Positions 30,003 to 39,960 of a stretch of DNA of 64,000 nucleotides are shown here, one piece after another. Positions within the stretch are counted from its first letter, which is position 1; every line of letters starts with the position of its first letter. The notes below the pieces were generated by a model. That model saw only the letters and a list, made by a program, of their open reading frames with translations, did no database searches and had not been told where the DNA came from. The stretch lies in IMG/VR virus record IMGVR_UViG_3300026254_000003. The stretch is one strand, 5' to 3'. Source of the stretch: an uncultured virus (IMG/VR IMGVR_UViG_3300026254_000003) (Duplodnaviria; Heunggongvirae; Uroviricota; Caudoviricetes). The position numbers and the translations under genes are program-made.

Positions 30003-30073
30003 GGGGCTAACCTTTGTTGTGTTGACAGGGTTAGTATCGCAAATTCGATGAGCGTTGTCAATAGACGATGAGC

Positions 30074-30226
30074 CTAATCAACATCACTTTGCTTGATAAC
30101 CGTGGTGCCTGTTAAAACATACGTCTCACCATTTAATTCATAAATGCCGTCTGCGCTTTCGCTATCAGCGTCACCATACGTTTTGATGCCAAGTGACAGT
30201 AATTCATGGAATGTAGGCAATGCCAT
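30074..30226 (-). CDS. small hypothetical protein (50 aa, not in ORF track)
   Basis: MALPTFHELLSLGIKTYGDADSESADGIYELNGETYVLTGTTVIKQSDVD; GGGAG RBS. Confidence 0.6.
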   Translation of the reverse strand: MALPTFHELLSLGIKTYGDADSESADGIYELNGETYVLTGTTVIKQSDVD

Positions 30227-30289
30227 AGTGTCTCCCGCTTAAATAATCGGCACAACCCTATGCTGTGCCGTTGTGTTTGCTGCTAAGGG

Positions 30290-30994
30290 TTAAGCGCGCC
30301 TGCGTTTGCCGCGAGACAAGTTGAAACGATCATGATGCATCTGTTCGCCTAGCGGCCCGAATCGAGAGGATACAGATGTGCTTTCTGTGCCATTTTCCTC
30401 TGCGGCTTCGCGAGAATGCTCATCCTCATAGTACCACTCGCCCCCTTCATTGCGTCTCCATTTGTGGTTCGATAATGCGGCATCTACCGCACTGTAAGTG
30501 CCGGTGTTTTGAGCGTCTCGAACGGCATGATTATCCCATTGCACGAGCCAATGTAGCGTCCCTGAGCCGTCACTGCACTGCTCTAGTGTAAACGTGCCGT
30601 CATCACAATCAATGCTAAAGGAAGTCTGTTTATTTGTGAGCGTTGGAAAGCTTCCCATGCGTGGCTTCGTCAGCGCGTCATTTTTGCCGCGAAACATTTC
30701 ATCGCGAAGCTTGTCCAAGTCGGCAGCCGATGACTCAAAGCCGTTTGAGTAAACGAGACAATTGTGACTTTCACGCGGAGGATTAAGGTATAGTGTGTTC
30801 CTAGAGACCATGCTATCAAACGCCCCCTTGCGCTCGCGAGGCTTAAGCTTGGCTAATTTAGCGTGTGCCTTTAAGGCGTTGTCGCGCAGTTCCGCGATGT
30901 AGCTGTTGTACTCTTTCCTTACAAGGCGCACAAAAGCGGGGTAGCCTGATTTAGAAAAATGAAGTGTGCCCCATTGTTTCTCGAAAGTTGACAT
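30290..30994 (-). CDS. hypothetical protein
   Basis: 234 aa, AGGAG RBS, repeat 31007. Confidence 0.8.
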   Translation of the reverse strand: MSTFEKQWGTLHFSKSGYPAFVRLVRKEYNSYIAELRDNALKAHAKLAKLKPRERKGAFDSMVSRNTLYLNPPRESHNCLVYSNGFESSAADLDKLRDEMFRGKNDALTKPRMGSFPTLTNKQTSFSIDCDDGTFTLEQCSDGSGTLHWLVQWDNHAVRDAQNTGTYSAVDAALSNHKWRRNEGGEWYYEDEHSREAAEENGTESTSVSSRFGPLGEQMHHDRFNLSRGKRRRA

Positions 30995-31080
30995 AGCGTT
31001 ATCTCCTGTTGTGTTGACAAGGTTAGTATCTCAAAACCTGTGTGGATTGTCAACAGGTTTACGTCTATTGCTGCGTTACA

Positions 31081-31440
31081 CTAAGAGAAAAAGAGCACCC
31101 ATTCGCCTTTGTCATTCACATCAGCATCAGGTTTCACATTGGCATATTTAGCGCTGATAATGGTAGGAAATTTTGCGATAAGCGTCTGCGCCAATCTAAC
31201 ATCCCAATGCGAAATGGTTCGCTGACCCTCTTGACGCTCAGCCTCAAAAAGGGCGCGCCAGTTGTTGTTGCTTTCATCGCATAGTGGCGATGACGAAGGT
31301 GTGATGTTGTGTTTCATGATGGCCGCAATAGCAAGGTCTCGGCTCGCCCCTCCAATCAGGCCATTGTTGATATCGGTTTCACCCATAAAGTGTTTTATGG
31401 CGCGTTTTTTCAGCGTGTCCCATTTTATACTGTAAGTCAT
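31081..31440 (-). CDS. hypothetical protein
   Basis: 119 aa, ATGA overlap with upstream ORF. Confidence 0.75.
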   Translation of the reverse strand: MTYSIKWDTLKKRAIKHFMGETDINNGLIGGASRDLAIAAIMKHNITPSSSPLCDESNNNWRALFEAERQEGQRTISHWDVRLAQTLIAKFPTIISAKYANVKPDADVNDKGEWVLFFS

Positions 31441-31694
31441 ACAGTTGCCTCACTTTGTTGTTTTTCAATAGCAGCTGTCGCGGCCTGTTGGGCTTTAGGA
31501 AGATTGATATCAAGAATAACATCAATGTCTTGCGCATAAAGGTGGGCATCGACAACAATCTCAATCAGCATGGAAGGTGAATTCACTGCATTGGTGCGAG
31601 AAGCAAAGTGCACCATTTTTCCGGTGGCGTGGCTGAAATAGTACGAAAACGTTTCAGGTGCTTTCTTCGCTGTGTTTTCGGTATGAATGATCAT
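31437..31694 (-). CDS. small hypothetical protein
   Basis: MIIHT start, GAGG RBS, repeat 31707. Confidence 0.7.
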   Translation of the reverse strand: MIIHTENTAKKAPETFSYYFSHATGKMVHFASRTNAVNSPSMLIEIVVDAHLYAQDIDVILDINLPKAQQAATAAIEKQQSEATV

Positions 31695-31752
31695 GTGAAA
31701 CCTCATTGTTGTGCTGACAAAACCAGTATCTCAAACTCTGAGAGTGTTGTCA

Positions 31753-31878
31753 ATGAAATATTCAATGAACGGCATTGCGCTTAACGCGCAAGGTAATCTG
31801 ATTGATGCATCCGCACCATTAGCCATTAGCGCTTTTGGGTTGTTAGGCTTGCTTGCAGCGCGTAGACGAAAAAAGTAG
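31753..31878 (+). pseudogene. C-terminal relic of a PEP-CTERM-like sorted protein
   Basis: Translates ...MNGIALNAQGNLIDASAPLAISAFGLLGLLAARRRKK*, same tail type as 50123..50884; begins exactly at the edge of repeat 31707-31753; terminator 31894-31924. Confidence 0.7.
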
Positions 31879-31940
31879 CGTTAAAGTTACCATAAAAAGA
31901 GGCTTGGTGTAGCCTCTTTTTTTTACGTTCAATGTGTCCG

Positions 31941-32609
31941 CTAAGGCTTAGCTGGCGGTCTGTTGGCGTCAATCCATAGGTAAACGAGCTCAACGGACGG
32001 CGAGATCAAGTGGTATGTTTTTTCTCTGCCTGTGAACGCGACGCTACCAACATCATCAGCTTGTTTCAAAAAGCTTGATACCGAGACTGTGTAGGCTTCT
32101 TGATTCTCCTTGTTGACTAGTACAAGTGAATCATCCTCGCCAGATTCGGGTGGATGAACCGTCAGCGTGACAGCGAACGCTTCACGCCGATGAACAATAT
32201 CCATATTCTTAGTCGATACACGCAAACCAAGTATGTCATTTGCCACAGACAGTAATGATGCGGCATGCATCGCAGCGGTCTCTTTGGCACGGTTTACAGC
32301 GCCTTGGTGGGTGCACATCTCTCGTTCAAGTGCTGCTTTCATCTCAGCGTTATCTGAGGTGAACTCAGCAGCGGTTTTAAAGGCGTAATGTGAAAGTGCG
32401 CATCTTGACCACTCGACAATCGCGCTGTTGACCAATGCGACTTGAACAGCAAGCCGTTGGCTTACCAGAGAGATGCTTTCTGTGGGTAGGCTTGCAATGT
32501 CTGCAATAGCCGTGCTTGTCTCCCCTGCTGCCGCATCCAGTGTTGATTTGGCAAAAAGCCGTGCTGCTGTTGCGGCATCAACGGCAGTGTTAAATAAAGG
32601 CTTGCTCAT
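31941..32609 (-). CDS. hypothetical protein (possible tandem paralog of 32683 ORF)
   Basis: 222 aa behind repeat 32626. Confidence 0.8.
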   Translation of the reverse strand: MSKPLFNTAVDAATAARLFAKSTLDAAAGETSTAIADIASLPTESISLVSQRLAVQVALVNSAIVEWSRCALSHYAFKTAAEFTSDNAEMKAALEREMCTHQGAVNRAKETAAMHAASLLSVANDILGLRVSTKNMDIVHRREAFAVTLTVHPPESGEDDSLVLVNKENQEAYTVSVSSFLKQADDVGSVAFTGREKTYHLISPSVELVYLWIDANRPPAKP

Positions 32610-32682
32610 AATGGATTAACTCCGAGTTGTGTTGACGGTTAAATTATCTCAAGAGTAGTGTGAAAAGTCAACAGGGAACGTG

Positions 32683-33294
32683 TCAACTGTCCACGATGGC
32701 CGCAACCCAATCCATGATCAGACTTTGCGTTTTTTCAGGTAGGCTGAATACGTTTCCACCACTGCCCCTTAGTTCGCATTTATCTAGTGCAAAGCGGAGG
32801 CTTGGCAGGGAACAGCGCATTTGCCTTTTGCCTTCGTAAGAGAGACTGAAATCAACTGAGTGCTCTGTCGTTAGTGAGGCAACAAAGCGTTCGCCGCCAG
32901 CCCGAAACTCCATATGGTGAGGTAATGTTTTCTTGGGTTTAATGTGGCACGTGTTGAGGTGTTCACGAAGGGATTTCAACGCGTTGTGCGCATTAGCCAA
33001 TGCAACATCGAGTTTCTCTTTCTCAGTAGCAATGAGGTGCGGGGAGGCATGATTATCTCGGGCACTTTGCAAAAGGATAGACTGGGCTTGCCATGCAAGA
33101 TGAGCGGATTTTGCCTCTAGCGTTAATGCCGCCAATTTGATGTCAACGCTCATTAGGAATGATGTGGGTGGCGTCTCGATGTCAATATCATTGTCATTGT
33201 CAGACTTGTCGCCTTTCTGAGCAAGGTGAGATTCGATGGTAGCAAGTAGCGCATCAGCATAGTTTAGCGCTGAAGCCATAGCAGTGATGTACAT
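32683..33294 (-). CDS. hypothetical protein
   Basis: 203 aa, AAGGAG RBS. Confidence 0.8.
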   Translation of the reverse strand: MYITAMASALNYADALLATIESHLAQKGDKSDNDNDIDIETPPTSFLMSVDIKLAALTLEAKSAHLAWQAQSILLQSARDNHASPHLIATEKEKLDVALANAHNALKSLREHLNTCHIKPKKTLPHHMEFRAGGERFVASLTTEHSVDFSLSYEGKRQMRCSLPSLRFALDKCELRGSGGNVFSLPEKTQSLIMDWVAAIVDS

Positions 33295-33320
33295 AAGCGT
33301 ACTCCTTGTTTTAATTAAGC

Positions 33321-33791
33321 TTAACGGCTTGTTGCTGCTTCGATGTGCGCAGTCATAAGCGACAACATGTCACGACACTCGCCAACAAGTTTGTTTAGTG
33401 TATCATAATAGATGCTCACAAGCGCCTGTTCCATATCTGCCACCGCCTTACTTTCTATGTCGTCGGGTACGATGACAGAAATACAGTAAAAGTCGATGTT
33501 GTGACGGGTTATCGTTATACAACCAAAGTCATCATGGTCAAAACAGACAGATTGCGATTTTAAACGACTCGTCGGCACCGCGCGCAATCGAGAAGGTGCA
33601 TCGCTTAATGCGGGTTGGGTGATACGATAAGCGCATCGGCTGAAGCTGGGTTTTACATTGATGTTGGCATGTTCTTCAGAGGTAATGCAAGAAGGTAGAA
33701 GACGGGCGCTTGTTTTAATTTGCGTAAAAGTGTTACCTTTTTGAAAAACAGGCGCTGTGATTGCAAAAGGGGTGATGCGTTGTTTGTTCAT
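33321..33791 (-). CDS. hypothetical protein
   Basis: 156 aa behind repeat 33803. Confidence 0.75.
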   Translation of the reverse strand: MNKQRITPFAITAPVFQKGNTFTQIKTSARLLPSCITSEEHANINVKPSFSRCAYRITQPALSDAPSRLRAVPTSRLKSQSVCFDHDDFGCITITRHNIDFYCISVIVPDDIESKAVADMEQALVSIYYDTLNKLVGECRDMLSLMTAHIEAATSR

Positions 33792-34066
33792 TGCATTGAC
33801 TCTGTTGTGTTGACTGCATGTAGTGTCTCACAATCAGTGTGGGTTGTCAATGGGTGCGGCTCAATATTACGCGCAGCTACGCTGTTTCACTGTCGATGCT
33901 ATCAACCACGTTCTCACCGTCTTCCCCTGCCTTTTCAGGCGATGATTCATCAGGATTTATGTGGCGCTCGATATGTTCATCTATCGCGCTTTCAAAGCCA
34001 GATGTAGCCATTGTTTTCTCCATATCAATACCTGAACTCACGTTGTGATATTAACGCAAAAAGTAG

Positions 34067-34240
34067 TTAGCCGCTTTCTTTTGTGCGTAATGCAAGCTGG
34101 TGGCGAAGTTCTGCGTTTTCACGCTGTAGCGCATGAATTTCCTTTAGCACATCCTCTAAGAACATGGTGTGACCATTACGTGTGATGACAAACTGTTTTT
34201 GACGAACACAAAGGGCGAATTCGGTTTGTTTTTGTGACAT
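34067..34240 (-). CDS. small coiled-coil hypothetical protein (57 aa, not in ORF track)
   Basis: MSQKQTEFALCVRQKQFVITRNGHTMFLEDVLKEIHALQRENAELRHQLALRTKESG. Confidence 0.55.
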   Translation of the reverse strand: MSQKQTEFALCVRQKQFVITRNGHTMFLEDVLKEIHALQRENAELRHQLALRTKESG

Positions 34241-34260
34241 AGGTAATATCCAATGCGTGA

Positions 34261-34623
34261 TTAGTGAAAAGCAAGGCCGTGGCGCGATATAAGTTTCGCG
34301 TGATGTATACGAGACATTTTGACATCATCAAGCGTCGCGTGCACCACCCCTATAAAGCCACTGACGGCCAAGTTAATGTCCGTAACGCTCGCGTTGGTAG
34401 GCACATAGCCTGTGAGGTGTGATAGCACATTGACACCATCGATAATACACTCGCCGGTTAAGCGGACGCGACGCCCTTCATAACCTAACAATAGGCGAGC
34501 CTCTTGTGCGCCTGGTATGCCGCCGGTGCGCTTAGTGGCAAAAACATCAAGGTTTGCTTCTGATGCTGACCAGCCGAGTGATGTGGCGGCGCGTGTTATT
34601 TGACGGTGCATTAATTCTGACAT
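34261..34623 (-). CDS. hypothetical protein
   Basis: Start MSELMHR, GAGGA RBS, repeat 34636. Confidence 0.75.
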   Translation of the reverse strand: MSELMHRQITRAATSLGWSASEANLDVFATKRTGGIPGAQEARLLLGYEGRRVRLTGECIIDGVNVLSHLTGYVPTNASVTDINLAVSGFIGVVHATLDDVKMSRIHHAKLISRHGLAFH

Positions 34624-34685
34624 GGCTTCCTCAGCGTTGTGTTGACAGGATAAGTGTAAATAAGTGAGGGTTGTCAAGGCCGATG

Positions 34686-35600
34686 TCACCCAGTGGTGAC
34701 ATCGTTAAGTTTTGCTGCGATTTCGGCAGGATCATCTACCAATGACAAAAACAACATCAAGTCGTCGTAAGAGAGCGTTTGCACGTCAATTTCGCCGTTG
34801 TGTAACATTACCTCAAAAATATGAGGATCAGCGCACAGCAAGCGTTTTTGCATGCTTGCAGGGCAGATTCGATAATACTGCTCGGCGAAGATGAAAGGGT
34901 TGAAGTCTGACCATACATAGCGTGTGAGTGGCGAGCCCCCCTGTATTGCTTTAGTGATCCAAGCGACGCTCTCCCTTTCACTCGCCTGCTTCATGGTAGA
35001 CACAACGATTTTGAGAACATCCTGCAACCCTGCTTCCTTTAGAAAGGCCAGCATGTCGGTCGACCACATTTCTGCGTCACCTTCTGGGTTGATTAAATTT
35101 TCAATGGCAATGATAGCGGCCAAAGAAGGCTTTTGCCCTTGCGTGATCTGCAAAATGAGTAGCGGTATATAGCGCACTTTGACCACGTCTACGTTATAGC
35201 TTTTATCCGGCATGGTGTTGATTTTTGCAGCAAGCGAAATAAGCATGGAAAGCAATTTACGACGCTGTTTTTCGCCCAATAAAGGCTGCTCAATGAAAGG
35301 AGACAGCGTGTCCCGGCCTTTATCAAGCCAAGCGTAAAGTTTACCTGCTTGATCAAAGTTAAGGCTGGTGGATTGAGGTGCGTCAGGCAACACAAAGCGT
35401 TCCTTGTACAACCCTTTTTCAAAAGAGATGGTAAACAGGGTCTGGGAGATTTCTGAAACCGGCTTCACTGATGAGGCGTCAGCATCGAAAAATTGGATGG
35501 TCGATGGAACGTCAGGCGTGCCGCTGTCGATGACGATAGCGCGAAGCGGGGTGCCGCATTCAGTCGTTAGTTCAATGTGACCTGTGTTTGTATTGTTCAT
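34686..35600 (-). CDS. hypothetical protein, paralog family B with extra N-terminal domain
   Basis: C-terminal ~200 aa aligns by eye with the 15921 ORF. Confidence 0.8.
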   Translation of the reverse strand: MNNTNTGHIELTTECGTPLRAIVIDSGTPDVPSTIQFFDADASSVKPVSEISQTLFTISFEKGLYKERFVLPDAPQSTSLNFDQAGKLYAWLDKGRDTLSPFIEQPLLGEKQRRKLLSMLISLAAKINTMPDKSYNVDVVKVRYIPLLILQITQGQKPSLAAIIAIENLINPEGDAEMWSTDMLAFLKEAGLQDVLKIVVSTMKQASERESVAWITKAIQGGSPLTRYVWSDFNPFIFAEQYYRICPASMQKRLLCADPHIFEVMLHNGEIDVQTLSYDDLMLFLSLVDDPAEIAAKLNDVTTG

Positions 35601-35655
35601 GATGATCCTTGGTAAAACGTGGTGGTGGAAGCGAGCCTACAGGCCCGCTAGCGCG

Positions 35656-35925
35656 TTATGCTGCAAGCGCACGCATGTCGTGGTGGCGTTTGTGTGCTAA
35701 TCGACGAAACTTGATGCGTTCAGCAAAGCGTCGGTTAACTTCCTCAATGGTGGCGCCGTGCACGACATCGTAGGTTTTCCGCTTCGCGTCAAACCCGACA
35801 AAGCGGCTTTTCATGCCATCACTCCCGCACGTTACCCATTGGCCTGTTTGAAGGACAAGCGTGCCATCCTCGATTTGGCGGGCGATAGCGGGATCCCAAA
35901 GGTTTACGGTTTTGATGAAGGCCAT
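35656..35925 (-). CDS. small hypothetical protein
   Basis: 89 aa behind repeat 35938. Confidence 0.8.
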   Translation of the reverse strand: MAFIKTVNLWDPAIARQIEDGTLVLQTGQWVTCGSDGMKSRFVGFDAKRKTYDVVHGATIEEVNRRFAERIKFRRLAHKRHHDMRALAA

Positions 35926-35981
35926 GTGTTTTCCTCATTGCTGTGTTGACATGACCAGCATCTCAAAAACTGTGTGTATTG

Positions 35982-36494
35982 TCAATCTTTTTTGTGTGAT
36001 TGCGATGCACCCAATGCAACACTAATGACAGCGATAACGGTGCTGTAATACTCAGGATAGCGTTCAGCAATCTCTTTGCAGGCAATCTGGTAAGCCTCAT
36101 ACCCGTGAGGGTGGGTGTAAAAGTCATCACCGACGCAGGCGTCATAGACTTTGAAGAGCACCTCTTCGACGTAAAGATTGAAGTAATAAGCGCCCTCTTG
36201 AGCGACGCGTTTTTTAAGCTGATTGGCTTGGTGCTTAAGCCCGTTACGTTCACTTTCAGCCTTGTAAAAGCAAGCCGCGAGATTCTTGGGCAGTTTCCCA
36301 CTATCGAGGGCGTCAATTTTATCTAACCGCACCAACTTATCGCGCACAAACTGTCTGAACGCAGTCAGTGACTCGACGCGTTTATACAGTTCCTTTTGAT
36401 CGGTGTCATCTTGGGTTAAGACGTGTAATTTTCTTACGTCAGCGCCGATGTTTTGAATATCAAACGCAGACAAGGTGAGTGTTATTTTTTGCAT
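35982..36494 (-). CDS. hypothetical protein
   Basis: 170 aa; TGA stop lies inside the -35 box of the next repeat. Confidence 0.75.
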   Translation of the reverse strand: MQKITLTLSAFDIQNIGADVRKLHVLTQDDTDQKELYKRVESLTAFRQFVRDKLVRLDKIDALDSGKLPKNLAACFYKAESERNGLKHQANQLKKRVAQEGAYYFNLYVEEVLFKVYDACVGDDFYTHPHGYEAYQIACKEIAERYPEYYSTVIAVISVALGASQSHKKD

Positions 36495-36514
36495 AGTTAA
36501 TCCCAGTAAGCAGG

Positions 36515-36757
36515 CTAATTTCTCTTCAGCAAGTCCAGAAGCGCAGGTCTAAATGGCGCGCGGTGAAGCGTGGCGTTATCAATGTCGGTGGTGATGGCTG
36601 TGCACTCTTTTTGCGTGAGCCAGATAATGCCACAGTCGCGGTCACAACTGTTTTTGATTGTATAGGGGCGTAGCTGGAACGGGTAAACAATTATCGGCCA
36701 TAAGTAAAAGACGAAAATAGAAGCCAGCGTGATAAGCAAAAGAGCGGTCGGCGACAT
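36515..36757 (-). CDS. small membrane-anchored protein
   Basis: MSPTALLLITLASIFVFYLWPII start after repeat 36770. Confidence 0.7.
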   Translation of the reverse strand: MSPTALLLITLASIFVFYLWPIIVYPFQLRPYTIKNSCDRDCGIIWLTQKECTAITTDIDNATLHRAPFRPALLDLLKRN

Positions 36758-36857
36758 AAAAATTCCTGCGTTGTGTTGACAAAACAAGTATCTCAAAATC
36801 TGAGAGTGTTGTCAAGTTGGTTTTTAGCGCGAACCCAAACGTCCGCGCTCTTAGCCA

Positions 36858-37376
36858 TTACAGGGCGTAGGCCATAATGCTCGGTGCTTTTGGCGTCATG
36901 CCGCAGTGCTGTAGTAATGTGCTGATCACAGATAGGGTGTTTTCATCTATCGTGTGGAAGGTGTAGTGCACATTAACGGTTGAGCCCATGTAGGTATTAA
37001 CATCAAGATTGACGCCACTAGTACCAAAAAATGAGGCAACGGGCTCGGCGTATGCCTCGCTGATCCGTGCGTTCCCCTCTTCTCGACGGCGTTTTGCCTC
37101 TTCACCAAGTTCAACCGCACTTTTTCCGGTTAGCTTCTTAGCTAGCGTATCACTGATGTTGTAAATGTACAGTTCCATATAGCCACTGTCATCTTTAGGT
37201 ACAAACTTTAAGCTGTTTTCTTTGATGGGGTTACGTCCGAACTGAATAGACAGCCCGTAGCTGGCGCTGCGTTCGCTGTGCTCAACCATATAGTGGCGTT
37301 CAATTGCAGCAAATAAGTTTTCAACGTGCTGAACCATTTGCGTCGGTGCGAGTGCTGTTTGCAGTACAATTGTCAT
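36858..37376 (-). CDS. hypothetical protein
   Basis: Start MTIVLQT after repeat 37389. Confidence 0.8.
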   Translation of the reverse strand: MTIVLQTALAPTQMVQHVENLFAAIERHYMVEHSERSASYGLSIQFGRNPIKENSLKFVPKDDSGYMELYIYNISDTLAKKLTGKSAVELGEEAKRRREEGNARISEAYAEPVASFFGTSGVNLDVNTYMGSTVNVHYTFHTIDENTLSVISTLLQHCGMTPKAPSIMAYAL

Positions 37377-37548
37377 AATGTATTCCTGTGTTGTGTTGAC
37401 AAAAAGAAGTGTCTCACAGCCTGTGAGTGAAGTCAATTGTTTTGGTTTTGCGGCATCATAGCGAGGGCAACGCTCGCACTTTTATGTTGATTTAACGGCT
37501 TTATTTAGATATAATTGGCATAAATCGTCAACACACAGGGTTTACATA

Positions 37549-39720
37549 ATGACTCACCGTTATTACAGTCCATCGCAACTAAAAAAAATGTTTAATAGCT
37601 GCTGCTCGCGAAAGATGCAGGTCGCACTGAGTGCACCTAATTTCCCCAAGTGTATCATGCGGGATGTATTAGAAAGCGAGACACCGAGATTTGTGGCGGG
37701 GTACTACGCCAATGCTAAAAGTATTGAGAGTATGGCACAGATGCTCAATCACCCCGCATTTAGCGACAATGAGGTCAGCGAATTGCTGGCGCTTAATCCT
37801 GCGCTGGATGTGCTTTCACTGTACAGCGAGCGAGTGCCAGAGGCACTGTATAACCGTCTTCTCAATCGCGTTATTGATGGTGAGTATTCTGACGGAAATG
37901 TAAGTTTCATGGCGCAGAACATAGTCAATCATCGCGCATTCCCGTGGGAACGTGCTGATGCTATTATTGCAATGAATAATGCATCGCTGCTTGCTGAAAT
38001 GGGGCAAGCTGCGTCATGTGATGCTGTATTGAGCGATATCGTTGCTGCTGTTCCACGCGTTGAAGATAAGACGCTCCATACCAACATATACATCAAAGTG
38101 GCTGAAAACGCCGCATGTTCACGTTCGTTGTTTAATCGCCTGTTAGCGCTGGAAATAGAGCCTAATAGCACATGCCGGATACGCATTGCGTTGCTAGATA
38201 ATCACGAACATACGATGGAGCAATTTCGCGAAGTTTTAGCGTATGTGCAAAACAATGCCAATACAGACTGTCGAGCAAGGTATGTATCGGATGTGTACGA
38301 CGCCGCATTTAAAAACGCTGACATGAAGCAATCCGATTTTATTGAGCTGGTTAAGTGCGACGCCTCTCAATACGGTATTGATGAAGGTTTTCACCGGCTT
38401 AATTTCTCAGATGCGCAAGCGGAAGCGATGCTGTTGGAATACCAGGGCAGCTGTGACGCGTTGTGCTACGCCATTCTTGACCGCGTAGATACATTGTCAC
38501 CGGAGGTCGTTTCACAATTCATCGAGCGCGAGCCTGTTGACTCCTTATTAGTACGCAAGCTGCTAAGCAGTGGTAATGTCCCGTCGGGCATCTTGGATAT
38601 GCTGGCGTACGACCCCGATCACACTATCCAAATGCGTGTCGCGATGCACCCCAATGTCTCAGACAGCACGTTTAAGTGTCTCTACCGTGTACGTGAGAGC
38701 ATTATGAGTTCTAATAAGGATTATGATAAAACACTCTTCAATGAAAGCCCCGCGTTCGCGTTGCTTACGTCATTAAAGAACTACCTCATCTTGCATAATG
38801 ATTACGGGTATGATCTGTTTGACTTCAAGAGTGTTAATTCGCCCAAGGCGATGACCAAAATGCTCATTGGTTCAAAACACCCTCAAGAGGTGCAGTTCTT
38901 GTTCGACAGTCAAGAGGCGGAGTCCTTGACCGCACTAAGCGCATTGCAGAGCGTGTTTACCAATTCACGTGGCAAACTCGACCGTCACGGATACATTCAG
39001 TTTCTTGCGCAGATTAATAGTGCATTAGGCACAGGTAAACAGGCGCAGAAGCGCGCAGGGCTTGCCATTGATGCGCCGTCACTACGCACCTGTTTGGCTT
39101 TTTTGTCACACGATGAAATGGTAGCCGTTGTGATGGATAACGCCATTACCGAAGCGCGAGATGTGTTTCGTATGTTAGCAACGCTCATTGCACGAGATTG
39201 CCCTGATGAAAGCGCCAAACAGTGTGCGTTGGTGCGTAAATGGCTTGCGTCTAAGAAAGACTACGGTGAAGCATTTCATAGCTACTTAAGCAACAAGCAG
39301 CAACGTGACTTCTCAATCAGTACCGTCAATGCGCGTTTCTATCAGGCCGATGCTATTGCGCAGCTTGACACTATCACTGAAAGCCTCCCGTCACACGTCA
39401 CACTAACACTGCCGGAGGACACAAAAGCCCTCCGTGCATTAGGTCGTGCTCAACATCACTGTGTAGGCACACGCTACTATGCTGACCGTTGTACGGATGG
39501 CTCAGCGGTGATTTTCGCCCTGTCTACAGGTAATAGGTCTGATGAAACGTTCACCTATCAATTTGAACGCAGTTCGGGACGATTGGCGCAAGCTAAAGGG
39601 TTTTCCAATAGTGACACACCGCCAGAGCTTAATAGCGTGGCGTACGAGGTGTTTAACGCCATTAAAGACGCGTGTGAGGCGGCACGTGAGCAAGCGGCCT
39701 TGCCACAAGAGAATGAATAG
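37549..39720 (+). CDS. large helical-repeat protein with C-terminal PcfJ-like domain
   Basis: 723 aa; LPED..AL...G..QHHCVG..Y....DG...IF.L, then QAKGF.N; LRV/HEAT-like L..LA.DP...I...VA.HPN segment. Confidence 0.7.
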   Translation: MTHRYYSPSQLKKMFNSCCSRKMQVALSAPNFPKCIMRDVLESETPRFVAGYYANAKSIESMAQMLNHPAFSDNEVSELLALNPALDVLSLYSERVPEALYNRLLNRVIDGEYSDGNVSFMAQNIVNHRAFPWERADAIIAMNNASLLAEMGQAASCDAVLSDIVAAVPRVEDKTLHTNIYIKVAENAACSRSLFNRLLALEIEPNSTCRIRIALLDNHEHTMEQFREVLAYVQNNANTDCRARYVSDVYDAAFKNADMKQSDFIELVKCDASQYGIDEGFHRLNFSDAQAEAMLLEYQGSCDALCYAILDRVDTLSPEVVSQFIEREPVDSLLVRKLLSSGNVPSGILDMLAYDPDHTIQMRVAMHPNVSDSTFKCLYRVRESIMSSNKDYDKTLFNESPAFALLTSLKNYLILHNDYGYDLFDFKSVNSPKAMTKMLIGSKHPQEVQFLFDSQEAESLTALSALQSVFTNSRGKLDRHGYIQFLAQINSALGTGKQAQKRAGLAIDAPSLRTCLAFLSHDEMVAVVMDNAITEARDVFRMLATLIARDCPDESAKQCALVRKWLASKKDYGEAFHSYLSNKQQRDFSISTVNARFYQADAIAQLDTITESLPSHVTLTLPEDTKALRALGRAQHHCVGTRYYADRCTDGSAVIFALSTGNRSDETFTYQFERSSGRLAQAKGFSNSDTPPELNSVAYEVFNAIKDACEAAREQAALPQENE

Positions 39721-39960
39721 GGGGTTCTAAGACCTAACAGCAGACTGCCGCTGGTGGTCTGTTGTTGCCTGTCAGGTCAGAGCGCCCAGTTGTGAGCCAC
39801 CCATAAACATTCTTCGCGCGAATATCTGGGTTTTCTTGATGGGTTTAGGAAAACGAGATGATTGTTGCACCACTTGCTGTGCGAACGAGTCATGTGAGCC
39901 CCGCTGCACTAAAAGTTATGGTGTTAACAAGAGAGAGTGTCTAGTGAGCTGTGTGCCAAG

